Assembly: GCA_951406725.2 (NCBI GenBank)
Contig: OX597830.1
Coordinates: forward strand, 2,356,001-2,420,000
DNA length: 64,000 nt
Reading direction: 5' to 3'
Source of the DNA: Octopus vulgaris
Lineage: Eukaryota
Shown here: piece by piece, positions 54,101-64,000 of the stretch
How the letters are laid out: each line of letters begins with the position of its first letter
How positions within the stretch are numbered: the first letter of the stretch is position 1
The notes under the pieces: generated by a model
What the model was told of the DNA's origin: nothing
Databases searched by the model: none
What the model saw: the letters and a program-made list of their open reading frames with translations, nothing else
Program-made: the position numbers and the translations under genes

Positions 54101-55250
54101 TGTAGGAATGAACAGGTACCTATCTAATACAAAGGACTGGATGCTGCGACTTGTGTGCGAACACGAAAGCAGCAAAAAGCTGCAATTCATTGTCAAGGAA
54201 GCTTATAAGTTCGAAAGGGAACTAGACATTAACCTTGAATCAGATGAAGAGCCGGAAACCACTACTACCAAGCAAGCAAAGCGAATCAAGCAGACTGCAA
54301 AAAAGAACAGGCAGAATCAAATTGAGAGGCAGTGGAGCCAGAATCCCCTGCATGGACAATATATTCTCCGAAGCCAAAATGTTGATGTAGACCAAGCAAC
54401 AACCCATCAGTGGCTGAAGAGTTCAGGATTGAAAGCAGAGACTGAAGGCTTCATAATGGCAGCACAAGATCAAAGCTTGTTTACCAGAAATTATAAGGCT
54501 AGCGTTCTCCGAAACGGTACTGACCCTAAATGCAGATTCTGCGACACATTTGATGAAACAATAGACCATCTCGTTTCGGGATGTCCTGTGCTGACACCAA
54601 ACAAATACAAAAATCGCCACGATAGGGTAGGACAGTATATACATTGGAAGATATGTAAACACTACAAATTCGGCACTCCTGCTAACTGGTATGAACACCA
54701 TCCTCAGCCAGTTGTTGAAAGTAAAAATGTCACCATCCTCTGGGATTTTCCAGTCAACACTGACAGAACGATCAAGGCTAATCGACCAGACATAATTGTT
54801 AAAGACAGGGAAGAAAATACCTGCAGACTAATAGAGGTAAGCGTCCCCACTGATAACAATATATCTGTAAAGGAATTTGACAAACTTAGTAAATATAAGG
54901 ACCTGGAAATCGAAATACAAAAGATGGGGAATCTTAAAACAAAAACTGTTCCTGTTATTGTAGGTGCCCTAGGTATGATAAAAAAGGGATGTCAGAAACA
55001 CTTAGACAATATCCCTGGAGAACCATGTCTCAAGGAAATCCAAAAGATTGTGCTAACAAGTACTGCCCACATCCTTAGAAAAGCCCTATCAATGTAAATG
55101 TTTGTGTTTGTATTACATGGAGATATTTCTCTACTTCCCTTCCCAAGCTTTCAGCTATATTTCAACAACTCTTAACCTTCACTTGCCCTAGGGTGCTGGG
55201 TGTGCCCCGGCAAGTGATTGCATCAAACATGCAGATTAAAAGTAAATGAC
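51138..55250 (+). mobile_element. R4/Dong family B copy 2, inserted in the (AAT)n of the PLE
   Basis: Collinear with 2241-6353 at a constant offset of 48898 across the ORF; (AAT)n on both sides. Confidence 0.96.
51400..55097 (+). pseudogene. Dong B copy 2 polyprotein ORF (one stop, one frameshift)
   Basis: ORF pieces 51400-53112, 53176-54027 and 54066-55097; TAA at 53110-53112; frameshift near 54006. Confidence 0.93.
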
Positions 55251-55253
55251 AAC

Positions 55254-55296
<43 letters not shown>

Positions 55297-55299
55297 GTA

Positions 55300-55340
<41 letters not shown>

Positions 55341-55378
55341 TAGTAATGATAATAATAATAATAATAATAGTAACAATA

Positions 55379-55450
<72 letters not shown>

Positions 55451-56970
55451 GTTATAATAAAAATAATATTAATAATGATGATGACAATAATAATAATTAT
55501 AATAATAACAACATTGATGTAAATAGTGATAATAACAATACCAATAATATAGGTAGTATAGATAAACGTATGGTAGGTGATGATGGTGAGGATGGATTAA
55601 TAACTAGTTACCCTAATTTGCATAACAACGTGATTACTAATAATGAAAGTAATATTAATACTAATAATAACTTAAATAACAGTAATGTAAGTGAACTGTC
55701 CTTAAATAATTCCAGTACCGGACACTATCTTCCCAGTTGTAATTGTAGGATTAGATCAAAATGTCCGGTATCTGGTCGTTGTTCGGTCCAAAACGTAATT
55801 CATAAATGCACGATAATAACTTCTAGCAATAGCTTTCTTTATTTCGGATGTTCGGTGGATCTTAAAAGACGTCTTAACAATCATTTTTTCTCTTTTGGGC
55901 TCAAACATAAAGCAGGTTGCACAACACTATCTAGCAAAATTTGGGAACTAAAAACAAAGAATATAGATTTCAACCTAAAATGGGATATAGTTAGAAGGGC
56001 GCAACCTTATAGAAATAGTAGGGATGGTTGTCAACCTTGTTCTATGGAAACTTATGAAATTTTAAAACATCAGAGTAATACAAATCTGTTGAATAACCAT
56101 CTGGAGTTGGGAGCATCTTGTATACATTGCACAACCCAAACGTTTAAATACTTTAAATAATTCTGTGAGTATTCCTATATTTTTCAAATTTTAATTCTTT
56201 ATAATCGAATAAGAAGAAATATACTATACTATACTAGCTTTCAATTTAACATTCATAGATGACTAAAAAAACATCACTGCAAACCTGAAATTGAAATGTT
56301 TTTCTAAAATTAATCTAGCTTTAAAATTAATAAGTCTTTCCCCCAGTTATAAAATACTATGCCTACTCATAATAATAAGTGATAGGTTTTTTTCCCCTCT
56401 TTTTCTCTAAATTATACTCTCTGTGAATGGGATTAAAACCATTTGACATTGACCTAGTTTCTCTCACCAAATAGCAGTAATTGGCATTTATTAGTGGCAA
56501 TTGCTGTCTTCAACATGAATTCCTTTTATGGAGTCCTGAAACCTCCTTTACCCCATTTCTACAATTAAAAAATCTTTATTGCTTCTATCCTTACAGCAGT
56601 TAGGAACAACCATATCTTAGTCAGTGAGTGGAAGGATTTCACTACCTCATATGTTCTTAAAATTTAAATCCACATCTTTGTCTTTATATCTACCTTCTCT
56701 ATACTGATTTGAACATTTTTGTATTAATGGAAAACCTCTATAATTGGCTGATGAGTGCTCAGCATTTTAAAACTGTTGTAATACTTACAACATTTAATAA
56801 AATGATGTAGTACGAAACGATCGTACCAAATTACCGTAGTCATTCTTGTTGCTTATTTTGATTATAATCACCCCACGGATTTTTATGGATAACACCATAC
56901 AAAATTCTGGTGCATCTGGTGCATCTAAATTAAGTACCATATTCATTTGAATATAAATTTTTGCTGAACT
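55300..56970 (+). mobile_element. Naiad-like PLE, right part (Asn-rich linker, CxCx5C, GIY-YIG, pLTR)
   Basis: CNCRIRSKCP..GRC, VIH..LYFG, RLNNH..SF, LSSKIWELK, CQPCxxE, LLN..CIH. Stop at 56160; 3' UTR with hammerhead; ends at (TA)n. Confidence 0.88.
56741..56833 (+). ncRNA. Type I hammerhead ribozyme with extended stem II (Naiad-like pLTR)
   Basis: taattgg-CTGATGA-gtgct...agtac-GAAA-cgatcg-TA-ccaaatta. Stem II extends via catttta/taaaatg and tgttgtaa/ttacaaca; palindromic stem III ACGATCGT. Confidence 0.88.
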
Positions 56971-56979
56971 TATATGTAT

Positions 56980-57553
<574 letters not shown>

Positions 57554-57578
57554 ATATATACATATATATATATATACA

Positions 57579-57662
<84 letters not shown>

Positions 57663-57714
57663 TACATATATATATATACATACATATATATATGTATATA
57701 TATATATATATGTA

Positions 57715-57749
<35 letters not shown>

Positions 57750-59769
57750 TATATACATATATACATACATACATATATATATATATACATACATATATAT
57801 ATATATAAACATATAGACATACATATATATACATGTATATATATATATATAAACAGATACACATATATATAGTTGTGTGTGTGGCATTGGCTTCAAATTT
57901 TGGTTTAAGGTCATCAATTTCAATAGTGGTGGTAGGGTTAAGTTGATTCCATCAACCCCAATATTCAACTGGTACTCATTTTATTAATCTGAAAATGATG
58001 AAAGGCAAAGATGAGCTCAATTTTGAACTCAGAATGTAAAGATGGGCAAAATACCACTAAGCATTTCATCCAGCATCTTGACGATTTTGCCAGCTCACCA
58101 CATTACACACACACACGCACGCACACATTAATGTGCATTTTATTATGCACCATTGCAGCTAAACCTTAACTGAAGGATCACTGAATAGGTCAATATATTT
58201 ATGCAAAGTATTACGCATAATTATAAAGGGAAAGTTGGCTGTGTCTTCAAAGTTTTGTCTTTAGCAAATTTTCATCAGACTATCTAACAAATCCAGATCA
58301 CAGAACGCCTTCAAAGTCTCTATCAAGTGGAGGATTATGAAAAAATCCAAGCCATATGTTAAACACTAAATGCAATCTATACAAAGCAGAATGATCATGT
58401 ATTCTTTTTAGATCTAAGAATTCCACTACACGGCTATATTCCAGATCTGAGTTTTAGCAAGTGCAAACACATATATAAGTGTCTTTTGTCAAACTTGAGT
58501 ACACCACCTACTCTGGATTAAGTGGCTGTCTCACAGACCTTGGCATCTTTTCTGCTATATTCATCATCATCATCATCATCATCGTTTAACGTCCGTTTTC
58601 CATGCTAGCATGGGTTGGTCGGTTCAACTGAGGTCTGGGAAGCCAGAAGGTTGCGCCAGGCCCAGTCTGACCTGGCAGTGTTTCTAACGCCAACCACTCC
58701 ATGAGTGTAGTGGGTGCTTTTTACGTGCCACCTGTACAGGTGCCAGACGAGGCTGGCAAACAGCCACGATCGGATGGTGCTTTTTACGTGCCACTGGCAT
58801 GCATTAATTGTGGTTTCTACAATCTGGGAGGATATGGATCTTGGCTTTCTTGCTTCCCTTTCTTCTCTTCTAGTTTACACTTTTTGCATTTTTTCCTCAT
58901 GTTCTCACAGTCCAGCGCCCTGGTTTTGAAAATACATACAACACATAAACAGTGTCTGAAAGATCACTTGGAGATACTTATTTTATAAACCTGCCTATTG
59001 CAAGTCTTGTAAAAGCATGGATCTATAAGTAGCTGGTAGGTCTTTCGTAATTTGTGTATTTAAATGATATACATACATATACACACAACAGTTTTCTGCA
59101 AAATATATGTCTACCATTTTTCACTCAACCAGCATTCTACTGTATATATATATAACTTCCTTGACTGTTGTTGGCTTTAAAACCAAAGCTCTTGTTATAT
59201 TTTTCCTATATTTCTCTGATTTCCATCTCTCTATATCTGTTCTGACAAGAAATAATTGCATTTGTAATGTCAAGTCGTCTATGATAGTCTAATGCTAATA
59301 ATTAATGTGTTTTGGAAGCATTCTCTTGGATATCGGAAACAATGTATTGTCTGATGGATGATTAGACCAGGAATTTGGTAACTTTGCATTGCTTACATGG
59401 AATTGTTGAACTTAGTATCAAATATAAATAAAGAATATAAATATCTTTGTGTCTATAGACAAGATGCATTATTTATTAAGCTGTCAAGAATGGTGCAATA
59501 TTCAGATGTTGCCTGCTAAGAATCAACAAGTACTGCCAAAGAATTATTGCCAAAATATAGTGCAGTCTATTAAAAATGAGTTCAGGAATTTAGAAGCAAG
59601 AACATTTAATCCACAGACTTATATCAGGTTATGCCACTGTTCTTTCCAAAAAGAAATCATTCTGCAGAAAACAATGGAATTTTCAACTATTTCTAATGCC
59701 ACCAAAATATAGCAGGAATTTAAGAATATCTACATACCAATGATTCGGTTATAATAGCTGATTTTGGTA

Positions 59770-60020
59770 AAGTATTAAAGTTGGAACTTTAAATATTGAA
59801 AAACAGCTAAAATCAAAGGTCTTAGAGTAAACTTATCAAAGACCATGGCTTTAGTTTGAAAGAAAATAAGATTCTACTGGCATATAGAAAGGGACCATGC
59901 TTTCATCATCATCACATCATCATCATCGTTTAACGTCCATTTTCCGTGCTAGCATGGGCTGGACTTTATATGCAGAAATGGAGAAGGTAGGAAATCTATG
60001 GCGTGTATACAAAATATACA
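59770..60020 (+). mobile_element. Old RTE RT fragment interrupted by a short antisense RTE tail (59903-59965)
   Basis: LKSKGLRVNLSKT..GPC|..ICRNGEGRKS is homologous to LESKGLRVNLAKT..WPCSICRKGVGRNS of the 48-50 kb element. Confidence 0.65.
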
Positions 60021-61764
60021 CAAATAAGTAACCAGTGGTAGCTGTACTGAGAAGAAGAGTTGACCTGTAACAAATGAAAAGGGGCCAGAGCTGTCCTAAG
60101 GCTTGGGGACACTGGGAGGTCCTCTACAAGGCGTTGGTTTTTGTGCTTTACTTTTTATGAGTGGGGTCTGACTGCATTGTTCTGTTGGGGACCCTGTAAA
60201 TGTGCTAAAAGGGTCCTGTATCAACTATTAAGTAAACGCTTTTGTCATATGTTCAAAACCTCTAAGAATTTTGAGCCTGTCTAACCATATCTGAGTGTGT
60301 GTACACAGATTTATATACATATGTGTGTGTATATGTGTGCATGCACACATACTTGTGCATATGTACAAACAGTCATATGTTTAGAGATACATTTATATAC
60401 ATACATTCATATACATGTATTTATAAATGTGTACACACACACACACATACACACACACATGCTGTGTATAGATGTATTTATACACCCTATTTTCATGTGT
60501 GTATGCATGTATATGAGTGTATGTATGTGTATAAATTAATAAAAGTTTTATCCTATCAGAAAGGATTGAAAATTTCTTATTAGAATTTATATTTTATTTG
60601 AAACAATGAAATTGCTTGGCCCATCAACGTTTCGAAAACTTTCCAGCTTCATGTCAAGGAGGAAATGGTTGTCAGTGGCATTTGTTGCAATTTACGGACA
60701 CAATTATAACAGCACTGCTACTCTGCCATTAATGACATTCTTATGAACACATCTGAGATTTTTCCTTCAAACATTTAATGATCAGGAAATAGTTTGTCCC
60801 TGAAGGGGACACCTTGCATGTGTTGCCACAATATACCAACTCTGTTTTAATGTTGGTATTATATTTTGCTATAAATATACCTTCAATAAATAATCTTGGA
60901 GTGTTTGTCTTGAGAAATTCTTTATGAAATACTTTCATTATTATTTCTTTTTCTCTTTAGTTCTGTATTAAATAATAAAATGTGTCACAATGGCTTTGTG
61001 TGAAATATACATTGGCATTCTGTGAGAACATGTGATTTTTGGGGGGTTTTTTTCATAATTATTTTGGACTTTTAGAACGAAATTTTGATATGAAAGGATG
61101 ATGCTGAAAATAGCTTCATCTTCCATTTTGGTATCCAATATAGTTTAATTAGAGATTTATATAACTCAATGTTTAAATTCAGAAACAAGTAATAACATAA
61201 ATATAAAACAGAGCCAAGAGTGACCACCACCAACTAATAATGTCTTATGTGCAATGAATTTCCGCCAAGTTATATAGACATGGTGACAAATAATGTCCAC
61301 AGGTGTGTATATGCAGTAATGAATGTACATAGGTGTATATATGCCAGGCAGCAATGAATGTCTTTCCAGATATGAGATATTGGTTATAAAATCACAACAC
61401 AGGAACAAAATTTAGATTCTACTTGACAAATGAAATTAAAAAAAAAACTATTGTAATTAATTGAACACAATTCTTGCCACTCAATCATGGATGTTAAAAT
61501 AGGTGAGGTGACAGAAAAGCAAAAACAAACAAATTGAACGAGGTAAATACAAATTATACAAGCTAAAACATATCTCACATACCTACATTCTATTTTTATC
61601 ATTTATTTACGAATTTTATTTGCAATTTTCTCATGTACAGGGAAAAAATGGGATGAACATCAAACGATGTGATTCTGTGAGAGAAAAGCACTATGGAATA
61701 AATGTGACCAAAAATCTCAGAAACAACACACAGCATTCACTGGAGTTGTTTTGGCATAAATATA

Positions 61765-61796
<32 letters not shown>

Positions 61797-62359
61797 TGTT
61801 TCTTATCCCTAAAATTGCATATAAAAATGGAGTTGTCAAGTTTCTGTTTTCTAAAACAATTTGACATAAACAATTTTGTACGAATATGTGAAATCTGGCA
61901 ATTATAACATTATTATTAACACAACATTCTCCCAATCATTTTTTACATGTTATTCAATGGCAATAATGATAACAACTGTCACCAATATCGACTTCATTCA
62001 GAAGATTGGACCAGGAATATCTCAAAACATAAACTGGCTGAAGAACTTGTTTCTAACAGAAAACTTGAGACTAAAGATTGACTATGACTGAACTACCAAG
62101 ATTGTAATATAATCTATTCCAAAACATGAAATTATGGCTCTTACTCACAACCATTTCTTCTCCATAATATGTAACAGACCTTCACTAATTAATAAAGGTA
62201 GCCATGTGTTATCATGAGCAGACACAGTCTCATCCTCAACCCCCATATAGTCAACTAAATGTAACATCTACAATGTTGGGTGGTATGTATTCTCTTGTTA
62301 TTGACATTGGGAAGATGAAAGACAAAATTGACTTCAGAAGAATTTGAACTCAGACTACA

Positions 62360-62406
<47 letters not shown>

Positions 62407-62700
62407 TGGGGACATGCATTATAATAGCGCATCACTGCATCCACCATTTGTTGGTAATTCCCCTACTTCTGCCTGGCAGGGGGCACCTTTGCACCACTCA
62501 GACAACAACTCTCCAGCCCTTGGGTCTGTTTTTGGTCCTCAATGCTGGTGCAGTGAGAGCGCAAAGCCTACCTCAACCTTTTTTAGTTGTCTTTCTTATG
62601 AGACATAGATGAATGTGAAATGATGTGTTTTGTTCAAGAACACAATTCCTGGTCTAGGAATCAAATCTCTGATCTAGTGATTTTTAGGAAAATACCCTAA

Positions 62701-62933
62701 CTTATTTCTTTACCACCCACAAGGGGCTAAACACAGAGGGGACAAACAAGGACTCACAAACGGATTAAGTCAATTACATCGACCCCATTGCATAACTAGT
62801 ACTTAATTTATCGATCTCAAGAGGATGAGAGGCAAAGTCGACCTCGGCAGAATTTGAACTCAAAATGTAACGGCAGATAAAATATGGATACGCATTTCGT
62901 CCAGCATGCTAACATTTCTGCTAGCTCGCTGCC
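62701..62933 (-). mobile_element. tRNA-derived SINE nested in an older SINE, with ~17-bp TSD
   Basis: TSD ttaggaaaataccctaa (62684-62700) / ttagggaaacaccctaa (62934-62950); B box gagttcaaattc; central gccgaggtcgactttgcc..gataaattaagtac. Host SINE spans ~62610-62970. Confidence 0.88.
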
Positions 62934-64000
62934 TTAGGGAAACACCCTAACCACTAAGCCATGGGCCTTCACACAACACAGATAGAAAGAACAAGAATCA
63001 CAATATATTTTGTATGAACCTTCTACATTTCTACCCATTGACCAATCCTTCAGAAGTTATCAACACCAGTTTGAGAGAGAAAAGAGCAAGAGACCCACAG
63101 AAAGGACTGTAACTGTTATATCGTCTGCCATGCGACCACGTTCCTAATTCCACCAGAGAGCATTTTGTCTTCTAAATTTACTGCTATAAAGTGTTTCTGT
63201 TGTTTGCTCTGTTCTGTTTTATATCTACAAGTTGATATGTCCAGCATTTAGCGCTGGCAGGATAAGTCATTCTATGAATGTTTAATATTGTGAGATATTC
63301 AACCTTTCTGTGAATATTGGGAGTAATAATGAAACAAATCAAGAACATTCCGAATTCCTCGTTAACGTTTGAATGCAAATGATATGAGACATGTCAAGCA
63401 CAAGTCTGTGATGTGAAACCAGAAACAAGTCACTGATTAGATACAAATGTCAGCAAAAAACACAGGGTCTGTTGTTGTGTGGGGCATTTTTTAAGTAACT
63501 GAAAGATGCAAAAACACATTCTTTCTTTCCCTCTCCCTCTATACCTCTATCCATCTATCTATTTCTATTTGTTTATTTAGCTCACTTTGTGTAGAAGAAA
63601 ATACACGCTCCTGATGAGCTGGTAAAGATAGGTGAAACTAGTGAACCTGTTCTCCATTTTGTAATTGAAAGCTCTATGTTTTAACCAAAAGTTTTATTTA
63701 TTGAGCAGAGATAAATATATTGTTACTAAACAAATTCATGTCCATATATTTGCTTACTTAGCCATCATCACATTATCTCAGCACTTTTGTACTCTAAGCT
63801 TATACACACACACACAGATACAGACGTGTGTATGTATGTATGTATCTATATAAATCTATCCAGCTCTCTACCTAGCTATCTATGTATCATCTATCTATAT
63901 CTGTATATATCTGTATATATATATATATGCCCTCTCTCTTTCCTAGTTTCTCTCCTTCTCTCTCCCACCTTCTCATATGTATGCATGGATAGCTACATGA

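Noticed and set aside
55300-56970. Selenocysteine recoding or SECIS, reported for some Naiad PLEs
   Set aside because: No in-frame TGA in the visible ORF parts and no convincing SECIS fold recognised.

Overview
AT-rich, microsatellite-dense eukaryotic DNA with no recognisable host gene exon. The repeat content resembles an octopus or other cephalopod genome (inference). Identifiable elements are: R4/Dong-type RLE retrotransposons sitting in (AAT)n tracts, including two collinear ~4.1 kb copies 48.9 kb apart with the same disabling lesions; Penelope-like elements (PLEs) of three types (Neptune-like, Penelope/Poseidon-like, Naiad-like) plus many pLTR-only fragments in (TA)n tracts; RTE LINEs, one with a PHD-like finger inside the RT; a CR1-like relic; a full-length dead IR/DR Tc1; a DD37D (maT) relic; a non-autonomous Helitron; and several tRNA-derived SINEs. 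Three results stand out. (1) About a dozen type I hammerhead ribozyme motifs, including U3-A8 and G3-C8 compensatory core variants, with family-specific palindromic stem III sequences. (2) A tRNA-derived Pol III-like head 30 nt after a Penelope ORF that also occurs alone as a fold-back insertion with a decayed hammerhead, a candidate PLE-mobilised SINE. (3) A covarying UGGGU stem-loop in the 3' UTRs of two divergent Dong families. All alignments, counts and folds were done by eye.
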